DNA of 64,000 bases from Leucoraja ocellata (Eukaryota), in assembly GCA_036785375.1 (NCBI GenBank), contig JAWMAR010000079.1, positions 5,022,001-5,086,000 on the forward strand. Reading direction: 5' to 3'. The notes below the pieces were generated by a model, which saw only the letters and a program-made list of their open reading frames with translations, ran no database searches and was not told where the DNA came from. Shown here piece by piece: positions 11,377 through 22,504 of the stretch. The translations under genes were made by a program, and so were the position numbers. The first letter of the stretch is position 1. Every line of letters begins with the position of its first letter.

Positions 11377-13627
11377 CATGTGAGGTAGAAAATACCAAAC
11401 ATCTGACATCATCTGTGTGAATAATTTTCTTATTATCCCAGTCCTAAATGATCTCCGACATTCTGATATAATGATATCGTGTTCTGAACTCCTCTGACAG
11501 GGAAAATATGCTCTCTGCCATCAGCCAGTTGAGCCCTGATGGAAATTTGTATGTTTCAATGAGCTCCCCCACGTTTTCAATTACGCAGAATACAATCCTA
11601 GCCACTTCAATCTCTCCTTAAATGGAAAACACTTCATAGAAAGAATGCAACCAGGTTCAATAGCACCAAATCCTCTTGTATGTAAGAAGATCAAACTGCA
11701 CACAATAGTCCAGGTGCAGTCTTACCAAGGCCCCTTTAGAATTGCTGTGAGATATCATTACTCCTGTATTCAAATGTTCTCCGATTAAAGACCAACATAT
11801 CGTCTATATAATTGCTGCAAGTTATCATTACTCCTTTATTTAAATGTTTTCACAATAAAGGCCAGCAAATCATTTGCCTACCTTCTCAAACGCTATGACA
11901 CCTGTACATTGCCGTTTTATGATCTATGTGCAAGGAAACCTAAGCTCCCCATTGAACTGAGTTCAAAATAACTGAGTCTGTCAATATTTATAAATAGAGA
12001 CACAGGAGACGGCAGGCGCTGGAATCTTGAGCAAAAAAACTAAATGCTGGAGGAAACCAGCGGGCCAGGCAGTATCCGTGGAGGGTAACGAACACTCTTC
12101 TTCAGAATGGTGGGAAAGGGATGGAAAGCTGGGGCAGAGAGGTGAGGGGGAAATCAAGAATTGGGAAGGGATAGGTAGATACAGTTGAGGAGGGGTTGAT
12201 TGGGAGATGGCACTCTTGGCCTGAAGAAGAGTCTCGACCTGAAATGTCACCTATTGCTTCTCTCCAGAGATGCTTCCTGACTTACTCCAGCATTTGGTGT
12301 CCATCTTTGATTGGTAGAGGGGTCGGGTGGGGGAAGTGACAAGTGAAGAAGAACAAAGGATGTAGAGGGAGAATCTGATGAAGATGGACGATGGGCAGTG
12401 AAATGTAGAACCAGAAGAGGGATAGTGGATGGAAAGGAAACGGGAGGGGGTTGGTGAAGGAAAATAGGCGACCTGGAATAGGAGGTGATAGTTGCAGATG
12501 GAGGAGTTTAAAGAAACTGGGCGTCGCGGACAGGGGGAGTAGAAGGGAAGGTGTGTAGGGGCAGGGTTGGGGGGGGGGGGGGGGGGTTGTGGTGAGAACT
12601 GGGTAGATGAGGAAGAGACACAAAATGCTGGAGTAACTCAGCAGGACAGCAAGCATCTCTGGAGAGAAGGAATAGGTGATGTTTCGGGTCGAGACCCTTC
12701 TTCAGATGTGGAGGAGAGACGGGGTATCTAATATTAGAAACACTCTAATTTTCTGTCTTGTGAAAGTCAATAATATTACATTTTTCCACATTATATTGCA
12801 TTTGCACTGTTCTTGGCCTCTCACTCAACTTGCCTCTATCCCCTTTCGATTCATACGCTCCCCTCCCTTCTCAGAGACCCATCAGGGTCAGGATCGAACC
12901 CAGGGTGTGACCCCGTGGGTTATCTCCAGGAGGTCCAGTTTCCTCCCACACTCCAAAGAAGTACAGGTTTGTCGGTAAATTGGCTTGATAACATTTTAAA
13001 TTGTGTGGGGTTCGTAGGCAGGCGAGGACTCGGTGGGCCGAAGGGCCTGTTTCCGCACTGTATCTCTAAGCTAAACACCTGTTCCCACCACAGTGAGAAA
13101 TCTGCTGCTGCAAGATAAACAAGATTGCAAAAATGCTGCAACCTTATTTACCCCACCAACATTTTGCAAAACCCCACATCCTGCCGCTCCCCCACCTTTA
13201 AACATCTGGTTCAAATAGATATCTCGGACCAATTTGGTGTTGAAGTGACATGAGAAATACTCTTGTTGCACAAAGATCATTTTGATTCTGCCATAAAATT
13301 AATTGGTAACAATTTTTAAAACGGTTAGCTTGTCGCCAGAGACCATCTATGTTCCATGAGTGGTAATCACCGCACATACATTTAAAAATAGTAACGTGCT
13401 TCTTTGTTAGTTCACGGGCCGAGGTTGGACTCGGTATATGCTATAACCAGCATCAGATGTCATTTAGAGACGGAGAGAATATTGTCCCTTGTTCATGAAA
13501 ACTATGAAGCGAGAGTAGATAGGTATGAGAAAGATTTGTACTTTCACTCTGCACACCATCTGTATAATTCTCAACTCAGCTGTGGGGAATGAACAATGGT
13601 TAACTTGTTCAAATTATCCCTTTCCAG

Positions 13628-13760
13628 ATATTGAATGGGGTGTTCCAGGCTAATTCAGTGACAGGTCATTTGCAACTTGTGGATGCATCGGGTTCACTAG
13701 ACTGTGTTTTGCAGAACTCTGAAGAGAGCCAAACAGCATTTAGTGATACCTCATATATAG
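13628..13760 (+). CDS. CTC1: CTC1 exon 6/19 (ILNGVFQANSVTGHLQLVDASGSLDCVL...SDTSYIG)
   Basis: tttccAG acceptor, GTAAGA donor; 133 nt, phase 0-1. Matches human GCLQLRDQSGSLPCLL. Absent from the ORF track. Confidence 0.95.
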
Positions 13761-15542
13761 GTAAGAACTTAAAGTGACAGCACTACTGTGCCTTTCATGT
13801 TATTTAAAAATTACTTCCAAGTAATTAATTTTTTAAAATAAATGATTCCTCTAAGTATATGTGTTTCTTTCATCCTCTTAACTTTTTGCTGTTATTATCT
13901 CACAATAATGTAAAACATTACGTTGATCTTGCAAAATGCATGTACTTTCTTGCGTCAGAGGAAGGAATGATAGGGTCAATTTCTGCGGAAAGAGAAACAA
14001 GACTTTAAACTTGGAGTTAACATTATCAGCATATTCAAGTTGCACCCTCTTGAGATGTCAGGAGTTTATAAGCAGCTGCAGTTTTCTCAATGTGCCTTTC
14101 CAAGTTTGCTTTCTCACTGGGAATGTGTGAACACTGGCCCCAAGTGATACGGTGGGTCGTACTGTGCTTGACCTACCATTCATTCTTCAGACTCGAGTCG
14201 TTTGTTAGTTATTAAGTTATTTCACAGGGGAGTTAGTAATAAATAGACGTTTGACCAAGTTCTGCCATTTCTATTATTAAGAAATTCAGCAAAACTCAGT
14301 TAATCCATTACGCTCACGACTTTGGTGCTGATCTGGCAGATTTTCAGGATTATTGGATCTTATTCCAATTGATGCACCAGCACAGTTTTAATTCGCTTTA
14401 AAAAAAAAAAAGTATCAGAATAATTCATTTGAAAGGTACAAGTTGATGCCAGGTGACTCTTGTGTGCTGTGTCGGTCTAATCTATTCCTACACTCTTGCA
14501 CTTACGTATGATTGTGCTTATGTACAGTAAGACTTTTACTGAACTGTAGTACAAAGAGAGCACTTCAAACAGGGCCATGGGAAGTTTCAAGGGAACCAGG
14601 GCCTCAGTGTGTGGAAGGGAGCACGGGGAAACAGGGCCCTTGTGTTTGAACAGGAGTGCAGGGATCCACACCTGGTGTAGCAGATGCAGACTCATTGTGA
14701 TTTGAGTTACAATGCCCTGTCCATGCTGACCTTTAAGTACCCATCTATACTTGGTCTGTAGTCTTTTATGCCTTGAGGATGGCAATGCGTGTCCCGATCT
14801 AACAGATGGTGAGGCTACCAGGCTCCATCACCCACTCAGGTAATGTTTCAGTTTCCAACCGCACTTGGGTGATGATCCCCGCTAAACCTCTTACTTCTTA
14901 TCAAAACCAATGTTATTCCGATTGTACACCTCTGCAAAGGGGAAAGGTTTTTAATATTTGGCCCATCAATTCCCTCATAATGTTGTCTACTTGCATCAGA
15001 AACACTCCTCATCCTCCTCAACTACAAGAAAGCAAACACATCCTCATCGGTGGGAGTAGTGTAGATGGGACATGTTGGTCGGCGTGAGCATGTTGGGCTG
15101 AAGGGCCTGTTTTCCTGCTGTATGACTCCAGTTTCACCTCCTAACCAAAATAACCCATGTGTAAGAAGTAACTGGATTTTTAATCTGGATTTTTAACTTA
15201 TCTATTGTGTTTTAAAAAAATATATAAATTATGATGTTTTTATAAGTGATATACTAAGATTTTATATGTATTTTATGATATTTAATATGCAACAGAAGGA
15301 TGGAGGGTTGGGTGTTTATGCGTGATATTTTCGTGATATTTATTTTAGTTGTTTATCTTTTAATATTTTACCTTGTATGTATCGTTAGCTTTTAGAAATG
15401 TTTGAATGGTGCACTGACTGGCTGACATTTTTAAATTTCGTTGTACATGGTTCATGTTACAATGACAATAAAGAAACTATTCTAGTCAATGCATTTTTAA
15501 TGTAATGTTGCCCCTTGTCTGGACCTTGAGTCCGTAATTAAG

Positions 15543-15567
15543 TTATTATTATTATTATTATTATTAT
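15543..15567. repeat. (TTA)n microsatellite
   Basis: About 8 tandem tta units; similar tract at 8526-8548. Confidence 0.9.
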
Positions 15568-15584
15568 AACTGCAGACACAATAT

Positions 15585-15950
15585 TTCAGCCTTGCCGAAC
15601 CAAAGTTTTATCTTCCATGTTCTTGTACTCGGTGTCCCAGCTCTTGAAGGCCAGCATCACATGTTCCGCCTTCACTCCTTTATCTTCCTGTGCTGCAACC
15701 TTTGGGGATCTGTGGACTTGTCTATCTCCGTAAAAACGTATCACTTGGCATTTATCAGGATTAAATTCCATTTGCTGATTATGCCCAATTTAACAGCTGA
15801 ACGTTATCATGCTGTGGCTGAAGACTGCTCATCAACAACACCATCATTTTTTGAATCATCTGCAAACTTGCTAATCATAGCTTCTACGTTTGCTTCCAAA
15901 TCATTTATGTGTACAAAGGTTCGATATGGGTCCAAGCACTGATTCCTGGG
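15585..15950 (-). mobile_element. CR1 RT fragment
   Basis: MEFNPDKCQV plus a degenerate SKFADDSK motif on the minus strand. Confidence 0.75.
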
Positions 15951-16307
15951 TTACAGGTTTCCCTCCACCGTCACCATCTGCTACCAGGCCAACATTGGAT
16001 TGTCAGGGATTGTCTCTACGTATGGCTATAATCTCACTGAACTCTATGCAAAATGTATTTCACTGTACCTTTGGTACATGTGACAATAAAAGAAGCATTG
16101 AACCACTGAAAAGTATATTTTAAATAGCTATTTAAGGTCAGAACTGTAACACATACATCAAAGTAATAAAAATCAATGGCTACTCGCTGTTCCACAACCA
16201 GCATGCTAAACTGCTTTTTTTTGTAACTTTTAGCCCGAGTTGCATTTCCTGTGTGTATTCATTACTTTCTATATTTAGTTCCTATTTGTGGTTTTTGTCT
16301 TTTGCAG

Positions 16308-16422
16308 GCTGTCTGGTGCAGCTGCAGAAATACCGAGTGGTTTTGGAGCGATTTATGCACTGTGATTTCCCCTCCTCCAAACACCTTGACGATCCTACAT
16401 TTGTTAAGGAGAAACACACCAG
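16308..16422 (+). CDS. CTC1: CTC1 exon 7/19 (CLVQLQKYRVVLERFMHCDFPS...FVKEKHTR)
   Basis: ttttgcAG acceptor, GTCAGT donor; 115 nt, phase 1-2. Matches human CLVRAERFQLIVER..SSFPS. Confidence 0.95.
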
Positions 16423-16721
16423 GTCAGTGCGCAGGAAATTTAATTGGTGGAGGTCAGAATATTTAGGCCAATCTTGCAAGCTCTTAATCCTATTGTAACA
16501 TGATTTTGCATTCCCTGCGTCCTTGTGAGGACCAAGCTGCATCAACCGCAATATAATGGATTGACTGTAAATATCACTGGTCGTGACCATGTGGTCTTGA
16601 AATTTATAATTTACTGAAGGATCGAGATTGATTGATTTATTAGTGAATCATACAATCTATGTGTGAACCTTACCACGAAGAAAGATTTCCCAATTATAAA
16701 ATGGACTTGTTTCCCTTTAGA

Positions 16722-17005
16722 TGGGTGGCACAGTGGCGCAGCAGTAGACCAACTGCCTTACAGAATAGGAGACCTGGGTTTTACCCTGACTAGGGATGCT
16801 ATCTGTATAGAGTTTGTTTGTTCTCCCCGTGACCTGCATGGGTTTTCTCTCCGCTTTCCTCCCACACTCCAAAGACGTACAGGTTTGTAGGTCAATTGGC
16901 TTGATATAAATGTAAAAAAAATTGTCCCCGGTGTGTGTAGAGTAGTGTTAATGTGCGGAGATTGCTGGTCGGTGCGGACTCGGTGGATTCTAAATTAAAT
17001 TAAAT
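16722..17005 (+). mobile_element. tRNA-derived V-type SINE
   Basis: ggtggcacagtggcgcagcagtaga head and conserved core. Further copies at about 12885-13076 and 34425-34615 (+), and 2280-2375 and 43120-43245 (-). Confidence 0.85.
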
Positions 17006-17309
17006 GAAAATAAAATGTGTAGTGAAATACACTAATTAAAGCCTATCCTGATCTTTTCCAATTAAGTTCAAATTGTCCAAATATTTCCTGGCATGGTTTT
17101 GCAATTCTGAGATTTAAAACTTTCTCTGTCAAATTGTTGAGTTTTGAGATTAACATGCAATTTGATGAAAAAGCATTGGCAAATTCCATAGCTATAACTG
17201 AAAAGTCACCAAATGCATCATATTTTCCTTTCGTCAAAATAATTGTGAAGATATCCATGGCTAAATCTGAACTGAAATAACATTTCTAATCATTCTAATA
17301 ATTCTCCTT

Positions 17310-18025
17310 TCATAATCATAATAGTATTTTATTAGCCAAGGATGTCTTGCAACATACGAGGAATTTGATTTGCCATACAGTCATACCAATAAAGAGCAAC
17401 AAGACATCCAAATAAATTTTTAACATGAACAGCCACCACAGCGACTCCTCCACATTCCTCACTGTGATGGAAGGCAAAAAAAGTTCAATCATCTTCCCTT
17501 CTTTGTTCTCCCGCAGTCGGGGCACTCGAATCTCCCGTTGTCGGGGCTATCTTGGCTCCCGCAACCGGCAGTCGAGCCCTCCGCGTCGGGGCGATCAAGT
17601 TCGCGCATCGGGGGAGTCTCAGCTCCCCGCGCTGGGCGATCGGACCCCGGGTCATGGCTAGTCGAACCTCTTCGAACTTTGGAGCTTCCTGACATCAGTC
17701 TCCACCCGAGACCGCGAGCTCCTCGATGTTGAAATCCGAAATGTTGGAGCATCGATCCCAGGCAAGGGATCACAGGCTCCGATGGTAAGTCCACGGCCCT
17801 GTGGTGGGGCTCAAAGTCTCGAGCAAGGTCGCCAGCTTCATGATGTTGGGCCACAGAGTGACCGGAGAAACGATCTGGAAAATAATTACATCTCCGGCAA
17901 GGTAGGCGATTGCATAAAAGTTTTCCCCCTGACCCCCTCCCCCACCTCCCACATATAACAAACCAGAGAATATTAACACATACTTGTTAAAACACACTAA
18001 AAATAACAAAAAAGACAGACAGACA
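17310..18025 (-). mobile_element. CpG-rich non-autonomous retroposon with LINE-like 3' tail
   Basis: Abrupt GC/CpG-rich 700-bp insert. The minus-strand tail aaattcctcgtatgttgca..ggctaataaa..(attatg)n resembles Rex/L2-type tails. No credible ORF. Confidence 0.55.
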
Positions 18026-18324
18026 CGTGTTTAAATTATCTTTTCTTTTCAAAAAATGGACTTTGACGTCCAGGACAAAAGGAAAAGCAAATTGCTAACT
18101 TGTCTACTTCTGATCTTTGTCCATGGATAATAATATAAGAACAGGTAGGCCAATCAGTGCCTGCTTTACCATTCACTAAAGTCTTGGCCTCAGTGAAAGT
18201 GCTGCTGAGTGATAAAATGATGACAGCATAGATGTTTACTGGACCAAAGATAACTCCAACTCATCTTGTATGTGCTAGTACTTTGGAGTTAACAGAATCT
18301 CACTCCATTGCCCCGTTTTCCTTA

Positions 18325-18610
18325 TGGTGCAGTATGGAAACAGGCCCTTTGGCCCACCGAGTCCATGCCGACAAATCGATCACCTGTTCACACTACTCTG
18401 TTATCCCACTGGCATCCACTCCCAACACGCTAAGTACAATTTTACAGAGACCAATTGACATACAAATCCACACATCTTTGGCATTGAGGAGGAAACCGAA
18501 GCTCCAGGAGGAAATGCGGTCATGGGGAGAACGTACAAGCACCGGGCAAACAGCACCCAAGATTAGGAGTGAACTGGATTTCTGAGCAGCTCTAGCAGCT
18601 GTGCTCTGTG
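18325..18610 (-). mobile_element. Degenerate V-type SINE
   Basis: Reverse-complement core ggaggaaaccgaag..ggggagaacgtacaa..cagcaccc. Confidence 0.75.
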
Positions 18611-18736
18611 TCATTATCTCTATACCTTCCTCATGTATTTATACACTGTTGCCTTAAACATACTTTGCATAATGCAGTGTCTCTTCCCATCCACTGATAA
18701 TTACTCGCCACCCAACTAGAGGAACAAGTTTTTCCG

Positions 18737-19045
18737 TTCAATTCAATTCAATTCAATTCAATTCAACTTTAATGTCAAAGCACAAATACAAGTATGAGTA
18801 CAACGAAATGCAGTTTTGCGTCAGTCCGTAGTAGTTGTGCATAAAGAAATTTAAAAAAAAAATAGAAAAAGAGAAGATACAGAATAATCAAAAAATACAG
18901 AATAATTAAACAAAGGGGACGGAGGGACCGGAGAAATCTATCAGCGGGACTCCGAGTTCAGCAATGTGATTGTATTATTGTAGAAGCTGTTCCTCATCCT
19001 ACTAGTACGTGACCTGAGGCTCCTGTACCGCCTCCCTGATGGGAG
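18737..19045 (-). mobile_element. Rex1/Babar-like 3' end with (TTGAA)n tail
   Basis: Minus strand encodes LPSGRRYRSLRSRTSRMRNSFY; (ttcaa)n microsatellite at 18737-18765. Confidence 0.7.
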
Positions 19046-19868
19046 CAAAAAGCCCTATACAAAGACAAAGATTTATGCTTATTCTCACCTTGGTTACGAC
19101 TGTAATGGGAACAGTCCAGGATGTTGGATCTACTTTCATGACATTTTACTTTACCATCCATGACATCAACTTAATGCACTCACACGATGGACAATCTTTC
19201 TGTATTATGTCAAGATTTAAGAAAGATGCCATTTATGACACACAACTTTTAGTTTAGTTTCTTATTGTCACGTGCACTGAGGTATAGTACAGTTGTAGGT
19301 AAGTAGCAGACAGTGAATAAAAGTTTCAGGAGACATCCTGGATTTGGCCATGATATTTTCTGTTGGCAAAAATGAAAAGGAAGTTGATGATTATTTGTTC
19401 AAAGAATGTAAGAATTAATTTTCCGCCAGGTATTTATTAATCTTTCCTGAGCACTTTGCTTGAGTATTTCAGGAAGCAGGTAAGAGTAAAACACACTTTG
19501 ATTCATCTTTCCTTGGAGGATGTTCATACATTCGATTTTTTGTTTTGGCCAGCTTCATTTTTTAAAATTTGATGCTAATTTTTAATTTAAGATTTTTTTG
19601 TTTAATTACTTGAATTTAAATTCCCTACTTGCCACGCTAGACTTTTAATCAGATCAATTCCGATCAATTTATCAGGTTGTTGCAAACTCAAACTCAACTA
19701 TAGTAGCATAAAGGTCATCAGGTTTCTAAATTATTCAGCTGCTAGAGAATAGTGTGCAGCTGCACAATTCATGTTGTTAATAACTTTGGATGACACGCAG
19801 CACAGTGGTTAATACTGCTGCTTCAAAGCTTTAGAGATATAGGTTTGGTCTTGCCAACTATGTGGAGT

Positions 19869-20125
19869 TTCGCTGAAAATTTGCCTCGGTCTGCCAAGAC
19901 CGAGTGGATCTCTCAGTTGCTGACCATTTTAACTCCTCTTCCCACTCCCACACTGATCTTTCTGCCCTGGGTCGCCTCCATTGTCTGAGTGAGGCTACAT
20001 GAAAACTGGAGGAACTGCACCTTACGTTGTTGTGAGCTGAAGGTCTCGACCTGAAACATCACCCATTCCTTCTCTCCAGAGATGCTGCCTGTCCTGCTGA
20101 GTTACTCAAGCTTTTTTTGTCTATT
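19869..20125 (+). mobile_element. Penelope-like element 3' fragment (GIY-YIG C-terminal remnant plus terminal repeat)
   Basis: Translates DLSVADHFNSSSHSHTDLSALGRLHCLSEAT*KLEELHL, typical of the PLE endonuclease tail, directly followed by the ctgaag..gtctcgacctgaaacatcacc repeat. Confidence 0.8.
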
Positions 20126-20899
20126 GTCTTTATATAATCAATTTCAATGTCTCTGTCACAAAAAAAAACATAGCAGACAATTAAATTCTCAGGTAAACAC
20201 ACTCTTGTGTTAAAGTTAGTGCATCCTCTAGTTGGATGATTATTCTGTATCCAGTAACCCACTGAATAATAACCATAGAAAGTTCCTATAAAACTGCTAG
20301 CACCCTCTTAATTCTGTGGCATACCTGGAGAGGAGGCAAGAAAATGTCAAGGGGTTAAAAAGTAACTGCTGTTTGGAGAAATTGATATATCACGTTTGCT
20401 TAAAAAATTGATTTCATGGATACATAGATAGTAGGTGCAGGAGAAGGCCATTCGGCCCTTCGAGCCAGCACCGCCATTCAATGTGATCATGGCTGATCAT
20501 CCACAATCAGCACCACATTCCTGCCGTATCCCTTGATTCCGCTAGCCCTAAGAGCTCTATTTAACTCTCTTTTGAATGCATTCAGTGAATTGGCTCCTCT
20601 GCCTTCTGTGACAGAGAATTCCACAAATTCACAACTCTGTTATTTCCTTTTGCAGTGCCAGGTGTTTAAATGTAAAGAAAAATAATTCCAGTAACTTGAA
20701 CGAACATATAATTTAATAATATATATTAATATATAATATAATTTATGTATCAACATGTCAAATACTTAGGTTTAATTATATAATTCACAAGTTATATGTT
20801 AATTTGCTCATTTTTAAAGTGGTAAAAATGGTTGTTTATGTAACAAAGTTCTTGTGAGTATTTATGGTAATGCAACATTAAATAAACACGGGGTCCTAG

Positions 20900-22500
20900 T
20901 CAAAATAAGCATTGCACTTGAAATGAAACCATCCCCCCCTCCCTCCTCCCCTAAACCCGTGAAGGGGCATGGCTTCTGTATGAGAGAGGCTCTGCAGTAT
21001 TTTTCCACTGGGTTGTCGACGTGGCAAGGCTTGCTGAGAGCGGGGATGATGGGAATGGTTCAGGAAGACATTAGCGGCTGCAGCCTTTGCGTTGAAACCA
21101 AATGTAGGGAGACTTGTAACCATTGAACGATTTTTTTTTGATAATTAAGAGCAGTAACTGCGATTTTAATTTTCAAATCTAAATAAAAATGCGCCCTGTG
21201 CAAATTTCTGCGCGGCATAAGTAAAATCTGCAGTGTGGAAAGGCGTGAAACGTCCTTGCTTAGGAAGGAGGGCACATTTAGTGGCTATTATCTGCAATGC
21301 ACGTCATTTGTGAAGCCGTGGGGATTTGGTAGGTAGGAATTGGTTCGGGCAGGAAGCGTAGAGGGCGGGGTAGCTCACTGCAGCAGATGTTTTTGTGGTC
21401 GCTGAGAACTCTTCAGTTTCAGCCGGCAGCCAGCTTTGCTTTTTGTTGCTTGTTCCACTGAAACCCCACACTGCAAGCTCATTGCAATTACAAATACTCT
21501 GCAAAAAGCACACACGCCATACCACCTCTAAGTACCATTTTTGTGTGTGTGTGGCTGCGCACAAGTTTGGTAATTTTTAGTTTTAAATCCTATTTTGACA
21601 ATTCCTGCCCCTCTCTGTGTGTTTGGAAATGTTTGTTTTTAAAATCCTATTTTGATCATTTCTCCCCCTCTATGTGTGTGTGTGTGTGTGTGTATGAGAG
21701 AGTGTGCACAATATTGGGTTTTTTTAATTGTTTTTGTTCCTATGTTTCACCATTCCTTCCCCTCGCGCGCTCTCTCTCTCTCTCTCTGTCTGTGCACAAG
21801 ATTGGCATTTTAATCATGTTTAAATCTTGATATTTTGAAACAGGGTCTACGTTGAGTGCTGTGCGGGTGATCTGCAAGTGTTGGGGAAGAGTGCGAGTCC
21901 AGAGAGAGCAAGCCCAACGCCGCCAGCCGCTACTGGAGTGAATGCCCGAACCTGCAGCTGCAATGGTGCATGCAAAAACCATGAGGTCAATAGCATCACA
22001 TCCAATCAGCACCAGCACGGCCCTTCCCTTCCCAAAATGCCTCTGCTGGAGGAAGTTGTGCTGCAAGAAGGCCATGTTGGTGAAAGTAGAAGAACTGTCT
22101 GTTCACACCCATTATGGAGCGGCAGAGCAGCGGCGGCGTCCCCGAGCGTGAAGGAGCAGCAGCGAGGAGCAGCGACTTGCACTGTCCACCCGGCAGCATG
22201 CAAAGGCAAGAGGAAACACAAACGCCGCAGTGTAGGCTGCGTTACACAGTTAATGGTAGTAACTCACAAAGATGCCTTGATGCTCAGGAACTGTCAATAT
22301 GGCAGAAGCGAAGGCTCTGAGCATACTAATGGTTCTGTCGAAGCACTCGGCAAGAGGACTAAGGCAGGGCTGGGGCTTTCTTTCCACGTTACTGCATTTA
22401 CCCTAGAAAGCCCCAGACGCTGGAAAGATGAAGGAAGCATCGAGGGATTGCTGGAACTGGAAACAGACCCCACTCTTTGTTCCGAATACAACAACCGTAC
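20900..22500. promoter_or_regulatory. Intragenic CpG-rich promoter-like island overlapping the large CTC1 exon
   Basis: CRE half-site ACGTCA 21301, reverse CCAAT (ATTGG) 21339, ETS CAGGAAG 21350, GC box GGGCGGGG 21363, Inr-like TCAGTTT 21413, donor TTG|GTAATT 21569/21570, (TG)n and (CT)n tracts, retained CpGs. Confidence 0.6.
21673..21790. repeat. (TG)n and (CT)n microsatellites upstream of the large CTC1 exon
   Basis: tgtgtg.. at about 21673-21693; ctctct.. at about 21770-21788. Confidence 0.9.
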
Positions 22501-22504
22501 ACAA
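21844..22504 (+). CDS. CTC1: CTC1 exon 8/19, large exon (VYVECCAGDLQVL...VVTHKDALMLRN...LSFHVTA...NNRTQ)
   Basis: aacAG acceptor, GTAAGT donor; 661 nt, phase 2-0. Matches human VYVQFFLADALIL, LLCHKEALMKRN and LSFYVLG, with a much longer linker. Confidence 0.93.
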
